NCBI GenBank assembly: GCA_963703225.1
Contig: OY969801.1
Span: forward strand, 2,112,001 to 2,176,000
Direction of reading: 5' to 3'
DNA length: 64,000 nucleotides
Source of the DNA: Candidatus Eiseniibacteriota bacterium
GTDB taxonomy: Bacteria > Eisenbacteria > RBG-16-71-46 > SZUA-252
Part shown: piece after piece, positions 20,081 through 29,626 of the stretch
Layout: the number at the start of each line of letters is the position of its first letter
How positions within the stretch are numbered: the stretch's first letter is position 1
Notes under the pieces: generated by a model
Databases searched by the model: none
What the model was told of the DNA's origin: nothing
Seen by the model: only the letters and a program-made list of their open reading frames with translations
Position numbers and translations under genes: made by a program

Positions 20081-21570
20081 CTTCGATACCCCCGCGCCTC
20101 GAGTGCCTTCCTCGCCACCTGCCGGTCGTCGAAAGGGATCGTCCGCTCTCCCAGGATCTGATAGGTCTCGTGCCCCTTCCCCGCGATGAGAATCGCGTCG
20201 CCGTCGCCGGCGGCTTCGATCGCCGCCCCGATGGCTTCCGCGCGGTCGACGATCGTCCGCACGTGGGGCGCCCCCTTGGCGCCCGATTCAATCTCGGCCA
20301 GGATCGCCCTCGGGTCCTCGCTCCTCGGATTGTCGGAGGTGAGGAAGACGAGGTCTGCGCCCCGCGCCGCGGCAGCGCCCATGAGCGGCCTCTTTCCCCG
20401 GTCGCGATCGCCCCCGCACCCAAAGACGCAGAGGAGCCGGCGGGGCTTGGTCGCGCGCACGGCGTCCAGCGCGCGGGCGAGGGCATCGGGCGTATGGGCG
20501 TAGTCGACGAGCACCTGAAACGGTTGTCCGGTTTCCACCGGCTCGAGCCGCCCGGGAACCGACGCGACGGATCCCAGCGCCGCCGCGGCGGTCTCCGGCG
20601 GCGTGCCGACCGCGACAGAGCCGGCGAACGCGGCGAGGGCGTTCTCGACGTTGAAGGCGCCGCGCAGGCGGAGGGCGACCGGGAAGAGTTGGTGCGCCAT
20701 TCGGATCCGGAGTCTCGTGCCTGCCGGATCGAACCGCACCTCTTCGGCCGTCACCTCCGCCGCGCTTCGCACGCCAAAACCGAGAAAGGGAGGATCTCCA
20801 TGCTCCCGTATCCATCGACCCGCATCGTCATCCATGTTCACGACGCCGGTGAACTTCTTGGAGCGGTCGCCGCGCGACTCGGCGCGAAAGAGCCGCGCCT
20901 TCGACTCGCGGTAAGCCTCCATCGTTTCATGGAAGTCGAGATGATCCTGGGTCAAGTTCGTGAAGACCCCCGCGTCGAACGCGACGCCGTAGGTGCGGTC
21001 GAACGAGAGCGCGTGCGACGAGACCTCCATGGCCACCGCGGTCGCGCCCCGGTCCCGCCACCGCCGGAGAAGGCGCGCGAGATCGGGCGCTTCGGGCGTC
21101 GTGTGGACCGCGGCGGATTCCTCTCCCTCGAACGCGTAGCCGACGGTTCCGATCACGCCGACCCGGTCGCCTCGTGCCGCGAGGGCGGCCCGGATCAAAT
21201 GGGTGGTGGTCGTCTTTCCGTTGGTCCCCGTCACGCCCACCATCACAAGCTCCCTCGAGGGATGTCCCGTCTCTTCGGCCGCCAATAGCGCGAGCGCCCG
21301 CCTGCTGTCGGCCACCCGCACCTGCGCCAGCGGAACGTCGGGCGCCGGCCGTTCGACGACCGCCGCGCTCGCCCCGCGCTCCCGCGCCTGCCGGAGGTAC
21401 GCGTGTCCATCGACGTGGGTTCCCTTCACCGCGACAAACAAGTCGTTTCGCCCCACTTGCCTCGAGTCGTACTGCACACGCTCCCACGCACCCTCGAGCG
21501 ACCCCAGCACTTCCCTGGTGGCAAGCAGGGCCGGAAGCTCCGCGAGCTCCCTCGCCGGGGCGGCGATCAC
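20077..21570 (-). CDS. murE: UDP-MurNAc-L-Ala-D-Glu--meso-DAP ligase
   Basis: TGTNGKTT, MEVSSH, DYAHTPD, DNPR (DAP-specific), AGKGHE. Confidence 0.97.
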   Translation of the reverse strand: MIAAPARELAELPALLATREVLGSLEGAWERVQYDSRQVGRNDLFVAVKGTHVDGHAYLRQARERGASAAVVERPAPDVPLAQVRVADSRRALALLAAEETGHPSRELVMVGVTGTNGKTTTTHLIRAALAARGDRVGVIGTVGYAFEGEESAAVHTTPEAPDLARLLRRWRDRGATAVAMEVSSHALSFDRTYGVAFDAGVFTNLTQDHLDFHETMEAYRESKARLFRAESRGDRSKKFTGVVNMDDDAGRWIREHGDPPFLGFGVRSAAEVTAEEVRFDPAGTRLRIRMAHQLFPVALRLRGAFNVENALAAFAGSVAVGTPPETAAAALGSVASVPGRLEPVETGQPFQVLVDYAHTPDALARALDAVRATKPRRLLCVFGCGGDRDRGKRPLMGAAAARGADLVFLTSDNPRSEDPRAILAEIESGAKGAPHVRTIVDRAEAIGAAIEAAGDGDAILIAGKGHETYQILGERTIPFDDRQVARKALEARGYRR

Positions 21571-23658
21571 GTGCCCCGCGGCGCCAGGACCAGGGAGCAC
21601 TTGGTTCCGGGCTTGACCAATGCCCCCGGCTCGGGCGACTGCTCCACCACCGCGCCGCTCCCCCTCACCCGACCGATCTCGATCGCCAGGGCGCTGAGCC
21701 GCGAGACCGCGTCCCGGAACGGAAGACCGCGGAGATCGGGCACCGTCAACTCCGTCTCGCCGCCCGCCGTGAGGGTCAGCTCCACGACGGTCCCCGGATG
21801 CGCGATCGCGCCCGGTCCGGGCGACTGATCGGTGATCCGGCCGCCGGCCGCGGCCGATCCCAGCAGCCGCATCCCAAACCCCGCTTGGGCGAGCACCTCG
21901 CGCGCCCGGTCAACCTCGAACAGCTTGACGTCGGGCACGCCGCCCGAGGGCGCGTCGTCCTCCGCCCGGACGACCGTCGAGGGAGGCAGCGCGATCGGGC
22001 GCGCGACCCTGCACCGCCCACGCGGCCAGGATCTCCCGGAAGACCGGCGCCGCGATGAAGCCGCCGTAGTAGGCGCCGCGCGGCTCGTCCAGGATCACGA
22101 GCCCGACGACCTTGGGATCCTCCGCGGGAGCCATTCCGATGAAGGAGGAGACGTAGCAGCCCGCGCCGTAGCCCCGACCGTTCTCGACCGTCTTCTGCGC
22201 CGTGCCCGTCTTCCCGGCGACCTCGCACCAGGGGAGCGCCGCCTCCGTCGCGGTTCCCGAGAGCACCGCGTCGCGCAGGAACGAGCGGAACGTCCGCGCG
22301 GTTTCGGAGGAGATGACGCGGCGCACCGCTCGACCGGGATCTCGCGGATCGGCTGCCCCGTCGGCGTCGAGCACCGCGGAGACGACTCGCGGGCGAAGCA
22401 GGATGCCGCCGTTGGCCACGGCGGCGTAGGCCATGAGGAGCTGGATCGGGGTGACGAGAATCTCTTGGCCGATCGAGATGGTCGCGAGCGAGCGATTGGA
22501 CCAGCGATCGGGCGGGCGCACCTGGCCCGGCGCTTCGCCGGGCAGCGCGATCCGCGTCGGCTGGCCAAATCCGAAGAGGCGCGCGTAGTCGTAGAGCTTG
22601 GCGGCTCCAACCTTGGTCCCGATTCTGGCATAGCAGACGTTGCTCGAAAGCGCGGTGGCGCTGCGCACCGTGAACCAGCGGGTCTCCGGATGCGAGTCAT
22701 GGATCGTGAACCCACCGAAGTCGGCTTCGCCGCGCTCGACCCAAAAGGAATCGGAGGGAGCAAAGACGCGCTCCTCGAGCGCGGCGCAGCCGGCTAGGAT
22801 CTTGAACGTGGAGCCGGGCTCGTACTGATCCGCGATGGACCGATTGCGATGGTGCTCGTCGCCGCGGCCGGGATCGTCGACAGTCACCATCGCCAGGATG
22901 TCGCCGGTCTTGGGGTCCGCGAAGATCGCCATCCCGCTCTTGGCGCCGGTGCGCTCGACGGCTTCGCGCAGCTTGAGCGCGGCCACCGACTGGGCGTCGA
23001 GGTCGATCGTGGTGACGATGCTCGCGCCCGCCTCGGGCAGCTTGATCATGCTCTGCGGCAGCTGGTACGCGAGTCCCCGGGAGTCACAGAAGAGCGTGAC
23101 CCATCCGGTCCTCCCTCGGAGCTCCCGGTCGAAGACTTGCTCCAGTCCCTCGAGTCCGAGCCCTTCGCCGCCGAGCAACCCAACGACCGGACGCGCCACG
23201 CTGTCGAGCGGATAGACGCGCCCCGGCACCGCCTCCACGTGCAGGCCCTCCGGAAGCGCCGTGGTGCGAAGGGCCAGCTCCTGCTCCGGATTCAGGTGGG
23301 ACGAGAGCCGCACGTAGGCCGCCCGGCGCGCCCGGCCGGAGCGAAACCGGCTCACCGCCTCGGGCCCCGCCGCCTTGGCGAGAAACGCCTGCGCCGCACG
23401 CGCGTTCTTGACGTCGCCCGGCCGGACCGAAAGCCGGCTCAGCGAGACGTTGTCGGCGAGGGAGCGGAGGTGGCGGTCGTAGATCCGGCCGCGCTCGGGC
23501 TCCAAGATGACGCGGCGCGTCTGCTGCATCTTGGCCGCGCGGGCAAACCGGCCATGATCGAATACCTGAATCTGAACCAGACGGCCGAAGAGAAACAGGA
23601 ACGCGGCGGACCCCAAGAGGGCGAGCAACCGTAGACGGCGGAGGTCGCGCGGGCTCAT
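21567..23658 (-). CDS. ftsI: Class B PBP FtsI with two PASTA domains; indel at ~21998 plus a probable compensating pair at ~22328-22355
   Basis: RGRIYDR, EPGSTFK (SxxK), SSN, KTGTAQK; PASTA repeats VPDV/VPDL lie in the shifted frame 21567-21938. Confidence 0.93.
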
Positions 23659-24185
23659 CGCCCCACCGCGGCGCGGACCGGGACCGCCTCAGGGTCCGCC
23701 TCAGGCGGCCGGACCGGATTCGACTGGAAATGCTTGAGCCACGTCTCCACCCGCGCGACGACGCCCGATCGTGGAAGCGCGCGCGGCATCGCCTGATTGA
23801 GATCGATCTCGATGATCCTCGCCGGGTCCGGAGCGATGAAGCCCTGAGCGCGGAGCGTCTGTGAATCGATCCCTTCCCGGAGCGCCGCCTGGTCGCTCAG
23901 CTCCGAGGAGAGCCGTATCCGATTCTCAAGGCCTCGAACTTCCCGTGTGAGGCGATCGCGCTCCATGGACAGCGAGTTCGCGACGGTGCTCTCCCAAACC
24001 TTGGAAAAGAGCAGCGCCCCCAGGAGCAAGAGCGCGAGCAGGAGGGCTCCATGGCGGCGGCGTGGCGCCTGCACCGCGTAGCGTCGAAGGTAGGCGCGGC
24101 CCGTCTCCTTCCTGGATCTGGCGGCGACCTCCACCGCTTCGCATGCCGGGATCGCCGTGTGGCTGGCCGCGGAAGTCTGGGTCAC
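23655..24185 (-). CDS. ftsL: FtsL-like cell division protein
   Basis: Position between rsmH and ftsI; basic N-terminus, one TM, coiled coil. Confidence 0.6.
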   Translation of the reverse strand: MTQTSAASHTAIPACEAVEVAARSRKETGRAYLRRYAVQAPRRRHGALLLALLLLGALLFSKVWESTVANSLSMERDRLTREVRGLENRIRLSSELSDQAALREGIDSQTLRAQGFIAPDPARIIEIDLNQAMPRALPRSGVVARVETWLKHFQSNPVRPPEADPEAVPVRAAVGR

Positions 24186-25096
24186 GTGGTTTCTCCCTTT
24201 CTCCGCGCCGCGCGCAGTCGAGCGCTCGCCGCGCGGGGATTGTCCCGCGTCTCCTCCTCGGAAGGTCGGATGGGCCGCGTGCTCAACGGAATCCAGGGCG
24301 TCGCCGCGGGCTCGGACCAGGGGTCCATCGGTCGGGGCGGCCGGAACGCGTTCTTGACGATCCGATCTTCCAGCGAGTGATAGGCGATCACGCAGAGCGT
24401 GCCCCCCGGCCGGATGACCCGGGCCGCGGAGTCGAGGAGCGCCTGGAGTTCTTCAAGCTCGCGGTTCACCGCCACGCGGAGCGCCTGAAACGCCTGCGCC
24501 AGCCGTCGTGGCCTCGCCGGTCCGGGATAGAGCGGGCCCAGCGCCTCCGTGAGCGCTCGTGTGGTGAGCGGCACGCGCGCGGCCGCCGCGCGACGGATGG
24601 CGCGAACCGCGGCGCGAGCGCGGGGAAGCTCGCCGAGGGTGGCGAGGATGCCTGCCAGCGCTTCGTCGTCCGTCCTTCGGATGAGATCGTCCGCCGTCTG
24701 CTCGAGGGAGGGATCGAGGCGCATGTCCAGGGGACCCTCGCGCCCGAACGAGAGCCCGCGCGCCGGATCGTCGAGCTGATCCGAGGAGATCCCCAGATCG
24801 GCCAGAATCCCGTCCAGCGCCGTCACGCCTAGTTCGTCCAGGACCTCCTCGATCCCGGAGAATCGTCCACGCACGGCTGTAAAACGAGGTGGCGGCGCCG
24901 GCGGATTCGCGCGAGCGCGCTCGACCGCCGCCGGATCGCAGTCCATTGCGATGACCCTAGCCTCCCCTCCCAACGCCGCCACGATCTCGCGGCTGTGACC
25001 ACCCCGTCCCAGGGTCGCGTCCAAGTACGTTCCCTCGGGGTCGGTCAAGAGCAGCCGCACGGCCTCCTGCCTCAGTACCGGGACATGACCCGGCAT
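24182..25096 (-). CDS. rsmH: 16S rRNA m4C1402 methyltransferase RsmH (MraW)
   Basis: HVPVL, DATLGRGGH, DLGISS, PLDMR, FQALR, HSLEDR, NPRA. Confidence 0.98.
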   Translation of the reverse strand: MPGHVPVLRQEAVRLLLTDPEGTYLDATLGRGGHSREIVAALGGEARVIAMDCDPAAVERARANPPAPPPRFTAVRGRFSGIEEVLDELGVTALDGILADLGISSDQLDDPARGLSFGREGPLDMRLDPSLEQTADDLIRRTDDEALAGILATLGELPRARAAVRAIRRAAAARVPLTTRALTEALGPLYPGPARPRRLAQAFQALRVAVNRELEELQALLDSAARVIRPGGTLCVIAYHSLEDRIVKNAFRPPRPMDPWSEPAATPWIPLSTRPIRPSEEETRDNPRAASARLRAARRKGETT

Positions 25097-25106
25097 CGGC
25101 GATCCC

Positions 25107-25574
25107 CTAAATCCCTGTCATGCTCCAGGCTTCTTCCCCGGTCGATCCCGCTGCTCCACGAAGAGCGTCCGCGTCGCGGCGTTCCAAGAGGCGATCCGCC
25201 GGCGCCTCGGGGCGCCAGTCGAGCCGGCTGAGCGCCGACCCCTGCCCGGCCACTTGAAAGAGCGAGCGGAGATAGGGGCTCAAGCCGACGAACCATACGA
25301 ACGCTCCCCGGTTCCTCGAGTGGGAGAGCGCGGCCGTGAACTCGGAGAGCGCCCGGTAGTCGAGGTGCTCGACCCCCTCGAAGTCAACGCAGACGGTCTC
25401 GCGGGGCGAGCGTCCGCACTGAGACACCGCGTCGACGACCCTTTGAAGCTCCCGGAGCCCGAGCGCGCCGAAGAGCTGGAGCGTGAGGGGCGCGCCGCCT
25501 CGAGAGGCCTCCCACTGGTAGGTGGGCCGGTCCGCGAGCCCAGCCGGCATCATGTTGCGCGCGAATCCGCTCAC
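25107..25574 (-). CDS. STAS-domain protein inserted in the dcw operon
   Basis: LFGAL...VCVDFEGVEHLDYRAL...VWFVGLSPYLRSLFQVAG fits the STAS fold; GTGA overlap with mraZ. Confidence 0.75.
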   Translation of the reverse strand: MSGFARNMMPAGLADRPTYQWEASRGGAPLTLQLFGALGLRELQRVVDAVSQCGRSPRETVCVDFEGVEHLDYRALSEFTAALSHSRNRGAFVWFVGLSPYLRSLFQVAGQGSALSRLDWRPEAPADRLLERRDADALRGAAGSTGEEAWSMTGI

Positions 25575-26011
25575 AGGAGGAGTTCTCCCGCCATGTCTTC
25601 GTAGGTCCGGTCGGACGAGGCGAGGTAATTCTCGAACGACTCGGGATTCCAGATCTCGATGTGGTCGAGCACGCCGTTCACCAGCACTTCGTGCTTGAGG
25701 AGCGCGTGCGTCATGAGGCTCGGCGGAATGGCGACGCGACCCTGGGCGTCGAGCGTCTCGTCGCGCGAGTCCAGGAGGAGCATGCGCTGGTACCGGCGGT
25801 GGATCGGATCGCTGAACGAGCGGGCGCGGAGGCGATCCTCCAGGCGCTTGAATTCGTCGGCGGGATAGAGCGACACGCAGGCTTCGAGCCCGCGCAGGAT
25901 CACGAACGTTTCGTTGGCGTCCCCGGAGAGGAGTCTGCGAAAGCGCGCGGGGATGCTGACGCGCCCTTTGTGATCGATGGAATGCTTGTAGCTCCCTCGG
26001 AACGTCGCCAT
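25571..26011 (-). CDS. mraZ: Division/cell wall cluster repressor MraZ
   Basis: FRGSYKHSIDHKGRVSIP and LDAQGRVAIP (two DxxGR repeats), GVLDHIEIW. Confidence 0.97.
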   Translation of the reverse strand: MATFRGSYKHSIDHKGRVSIPARFRRLLSGDANETFVILRGLEACVSLYPADEFKRLEDRLRARSFSDPIHRRYQRMLLLDSRDETLDAQGRVAIPPSLMTHALLKHEVLVNGVLDHIEIWNPESFENYLASSDRTYEDMAGELLL

Positions 26012-26061
26012 CCCCGGTTCCTCAAGACTCCCCAACGCTCCGTCGGCGAAGGGCGAATACT

Positions 26062-26090
26062 CCCCCACTTCGCCCCACAATTCACCACAC
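26062..26090 (-). promoter_or_regulatory. MraZ-binding boxes (dcw operator)
   Basis: Minus strand GTGGT/GTGGG/GTGGG at 10-nt periodicity just downstream of the -10. Confidence 0.8.
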
Positions 26091-26095
26091 GGCGC

Positions 26096-26124
26096 ATCCT
26101 AAGACCCGGTCTGGGGGGTGTCAA
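26096..26124 (-). promoter_or_regulatory. sigma70 promoter of the dcw operon
   Basis: TTGACA-N17-TAGGAT with an AT-rich UP-like tract at 26137-26160. Confidence 0.8.
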
Positions 26125-26202
26125 GGCGGATTCCAACTTTTTGGCAAAATTATTTTGTTGGAGGACAAGGGGTTCTGGCCGGAGGGGGAGTGGGGGCGGA
26201 AG

Positions 26203-27531
26203 CTACTTTGGAGCCGCCGAAAGGACGTTTCCGAGGAGCCCGGCGACCCCGGCCGCGATCACGCTCCGCTCCCAGCCCGCCGCTTCCTTGGGGAGCGGCT
26301 GAGCCGGCAGCCGGCCGGAGCGCCTCCAGTCGACGAGCCATCGGCCGATGGCCTCGGCGGCGCCGGCCGCGTCGACGGCCCCGAGCACGATCCCGGCGCC
26401 GGTAGCCCGAATCAGGTCGGCCGCCGGCCCGCGGTCCAGGAGGCCGAGCACCGGCCGACCGCTGGTCAAGTACTCGTAGATCTTCCCCGTGTAGAGAAAG
26501 GCGTCCGCTTCACCGCCGTGCCCGAGAAGCACGAGGGCCTCTGCGCGGCGCATCTCCGCGAGCGCTTCCAGGTGGGGCTTGGAATTCCTGATCTCGATGA
26601 CGCCGCGCAAGGAGGGTCGACCCACCTCCGCCGGCCCCAGCTCCTCGTTTCCGCCGAGAAAGCGGAGCGTCAGCTCCGACGCGGCGCGCGGGTCGGCCGC
26701 GATTAACCGCTCGGCCGCATCCAGGAGAGTTCGCACGGTGGGCCGGTGCGCCAGCTGCCCCGCGTGGAGGAGCACGAACCGACCCCGCTCCTCGGCGCCG
26801 TCGGGCTTCAAAAGGAGATCGGCGCGGCGCCAATCGTCGGAATCGAACCCGTTCGGGACGTAGACGAAGCGGTCGGCCGCCACTTCCGGGTAGCGCTCCC
26901 GGTAGAGCGCGGCCATGGCCTCGCTCACCACGGTCACCCGATCCGCTCCTTCCACGACCGAGCGCTCGAGCGCCCGATGGCGGGCGTCGTGCCAGGGGGT
27001 GGGGGGCGCGTAGGTGACCCTCCCCACCCACGGATCCCGGAAGTCGGCGATCCAGGGGATCCGGAAACGCCGTTTGAGGGCAACCCCCGCGAGGTGCGCG
27101 CTCTCGGGCGAAGAGGTGGTCCAGATCGCGTCGACGGCGCCCACTTCAATCCGCTTCGCGGCGACCCGCTGGGCCTCGCGGGCCCACGGAAGGTAGCCAT
27201 CCGGAATCATGAGCCACGATTGAATCCGACGCAGCATTCGAAACGACGCCGGGTCACGCCCACCCTGCCTTCGCTCGATCGAGACGCCGCCCTTGGAGAG
27301 CAGGCGCAGCATTCGGAGCGACGTCATGCCTCCGGCCCGGAGGATCTCGGTCGATGGCGGCACCTCGTCGAGAAGCGTCGGATCGAGGATCCAGTAATCC
27401 GGGTCGCGGGTGGTCACGACCGCGGCGCTCCATCCGTGCGGGACGAGGTAGCGGACCAATTTGAGGGTCCTCTGGCACCCTCCACCGCCGAGCGGAGGGA
27501 AGAAGTAGGCGAGAGCGAGGAGCCGCTTCAA
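26203..27531 (-). CDS. Glycosyltransferase family 4
   Basis: AYFFPPLGGGG, DFRDPW, VPNGFD, GKIYEYL. Confidence 0.9.
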   Translation of the reverse strand: MKRLLALAYFFPPLGGGGCQRTLKLVRYLVPHGWSAAVVTTRDPDYWILDPTLLDEVPPSTEILRAGGMTSLRMLRLLSKGGVSIERRQGGRDPASFRMLRRIQSWLMIPDGYLPWAREAQRVAAKRIEVGAVDAIWTTSSPESAHLAGVALKRRFRIPWIADFRDPWVGRVTYAPPTPWHDARHRALERSVVEGADRVTVVSEAMAALYRERYPEVAADRFVYVPNGFDSDDWRRADLLLKPDGAEERGRFVLLHAGQLAHRPTVRTLLDAAERLIAADPRAASELTLRFLGGNEELGPAEVGRPSLRGVIEIRNSKPHLEALAEMRRAEALVLLGHGGEADAFLYTGKIYEYLTSGRPVLGLLDRGPAADLIRATGAGIVLGAVDAAGAAEAIGRWLVDWRRSGRLPAQPLPKEAAGWERSVIAAGVAGLLGNVLSAAPK

Positions 27532-28643
27532 CGGACGCCCTCGTCCAGGGCTCGGGCCGCACCGCGGCGCGATTCGACGAGCGACTCGAGCCGCCGCTCG
27601 GTCTCCGCGAGCGTCTCGGTGAATCGGCCTCTGGCGACCACCTCGTCACGCGCCCGCGAGACCCAGAGGTCGACCTGTTCCGGATGGCGTCCCACCTCCG
27701 CGAGGGCGCAGGCGACCGCCTCTGGATCGCCAAGGGGTACGAGGAGCCCTTCCTGCCTGTGTCGCACCCATTCCCTGTTCCCCGCGATGTCGGTCACCAC
27801 CAGCGCGAGGCCGGCCGCCATCGCTTCGAGGAGGGATTGCGAAGTGGAGTCGGAGAGAGAGAGGGAAACGTAGACGTCGTGCTCGCCATAGAGCCGCGGC
27901 AGCAAAGCCTCGTCGACCCACCCCGCAAAGGAGATCGAATCCAGAACTCCCGCTTCCCGCGCCAGCGCCTCGAGCGAAGGACGCATCGGACCCGACCCGG
28001 CGAGGGTTGCCCGGAACGGGACTCCCTTCCGGGAAAGGAGCCCGAGCGCGCGGATCAGGGTCGCGGGATCGTAGATCGGCTCGAGCTGACGCATCCAGAG
28101 CACACGAAGCGGGCCGCTTCGCGCGCGGCGCGTCCTCCAGGTGCCTTCCAAGCCAAACGCGTCCACATCGACCCCCCACGGCCGGGACCAGATCCGAGCA
28201 CGATCGGCCCCCAGCCGCGCGGCCGCCTCCTCCAGATTTCCCGCGTCGACGTGGATCAGGTCGGCGCGGCGGAGCGTCCACCGCGCGCGGGCACGATGAA
28301 GGGGCGTACGGTTCGCGTTCTGGAGCAGATCGGATCCCCAGCAAACAAGCATCATCGGTTTCGCGCCGGCGAGCGCGGCGAGAAATCCGTAGTTGGGCAG
28401 AAAGTGGGCGACCGTGACATCGGGGAGAAAAGACCGGATCTCCTGGCGAACGGCTCCGCTCGCGCTCGCGTAGCGAAGCGCAGCCACGGGGAGCTGCCAA
28501 CCCACGACGCGCGCCGGATCGGGGAGCGTCCCGGGCGTGCCGTGTGCGGAGAGGAGCCGGACCTCGTGGCCCCGCCGCGCCAGTCCCGTCGCCCAGCGCC
28601 GCGTGTGCACCGAAGGGGCATGCGCGAGGAGGAGGATTCGCAC
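27528..28643 (-). CDS. Glycosyltransferase family 4
   Basis: SVHTRRW, WGSDL, DSTSQSLLEAMAAG, TDIAGNREW. Confidence 0.9.
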   Translation of the reverse strand: MRILLLAHAPSVHTRRWATGLARRGHEVRLLSAHGTPGTLPDPARVVGWQLPVAALRYASASGAVRQEIRSFLPDVTVAHFLPNYGFLAALAGAKPMMLVCWGSDLLQNANRTPLHRARARWTLRRADLIHVDAGNLEEAAARLGADRARIWSRPWGVDVDAFGLEGTWRTRRARSGPLRVLWMRQLEPIYDPATLIRALGLLSRKGVPFRATLAGSGPMRPSLEALAREAGVLDSISFAGWVDEALLPRLYGEHDVYVSLSLSDSTSQSLLEAMAAGLALVVTDIAGNREWVRHRQEGLLVPLGDPEAVACALAEVGRHPEQVDLWVSRARDEVVARGRFTETLAETERRLESLVESRRGAARALDEGVR

Positions 28644-28651
28644 CGGGCTCC

Positions 28652-29626
28652 CTAGGGACGGAATCGTCTGTGGAGGGCGCTCCGTCGGCCCGCGATCAAG
28701 ACCGGGCGAGGCCGCGCGCCCCACCCTTCCTTGTACCGGACCAGGCCCGCCGCGTCGGCGGGGGACGCTCCAAAGTTGTATTCGAGGTAGCCCGCCCCGC
28801 AGAGGGTTTCGAGGGTGCTCGCGATGAGAAAATTGTTCGGCCTCAAGTGCCACGAGGATTCTCGGGAGACCGGGAGCCAGCTCGTGGCAATGCCCTGGTG
28901 GAAAAGATCCAGGCTCCCGGCCACCGCGCCCTCGCCGTGCTGGACCAGGTGGTATCGCGCGAGACCCGCGGGAACCAAGCTCGAGAAGATCCGCTCGTAA
29001 ATCGAAAAGGGCTTGGGTGTCCCCCCACGCCGCCGCACCGTTTCGACCGCCATGTCATGGAACGTGCGAAGATCGTCGACCACCTCGACCACCCGCATCG
29101 AGAGCCCACTCTCGGCCGCCTGCCGGACCAGCCTCCGCGTGGACGACGAGAATCCGCCCGCGACGCGGTCGTAGCCGCCGGTCAGGTCGAGCACGTGCGT
29201 GAAGCTTTCCTCCGCGGGAAAGCGCTCCGGGAACTCGTCTCGAATTCCGCCGTACCAGGTGAGCTGCGACCGGATTGTCAGCCGCCGACCCGCCCGGCGG
29301 GCGAACGCTTCGAGAAGCTGGCGCCGGACCGAGGCCGGATCGGGGTGGCCCGGCCGGACGATCGGCCCACCGTAGGTCGCGTAGGGCATCGAGTCGAGGG
29401 TCTCGAAGAGGCCGCGGCGGCGCGCGAGGAAACCGATGCCCGCCGCGTACCCCGCCTCGCCCGGGAGCACGACCGCCTCCCAGCGTGCGTCCTTCCAGAC
29501 GGAGGTCCAGAGGCTGGCCCAGGCCGACGTATGAAAGACCGTCGCCTCGGGCGTCGACGCGACCAATTCATCCCACGCCGCCGCATCCGGTGCCAAGACC
29601 CGCTCCACCTCGGCCTTCTGCTTCAA
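28652..29626 (-). CDS. FemAB/BioF2-like GNAT family protein
   Basis: WDELV...TVFHTSAW, MPYATYGG, RRLVRQA, PNNFL, YNFGAS, YKEGWGA. Confidence 0.85.
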   Translation of the reverse strand: MKQKAEVERVLAPDAAAWDELVASTPEATVFHTSAWASLWTSVWKDARWEAVVLPGEAGYAAGIGFLARRRGLFETLDSMPYATYGGPIVRPGHPDPASVRRQLLEAFARRAGRRLTIRSQLTWYGGIRDEFPERFPAEESFTHVLDLTGGYDRVAGGFSSSTRRLVRQAAESGLSMRVVEVVDDLRTFHDMAVETVRRRGGTPKPFSIYERIFSSLVPAGLARYHLVQHGEGAVAGSLDLFHQGIATSWLPVSRESSWHLRPNNFLIASTLETLCGAGYLEYNFGASPADAAGLVRYKEGWGARPRPVLIAGRRSALHRRFRP

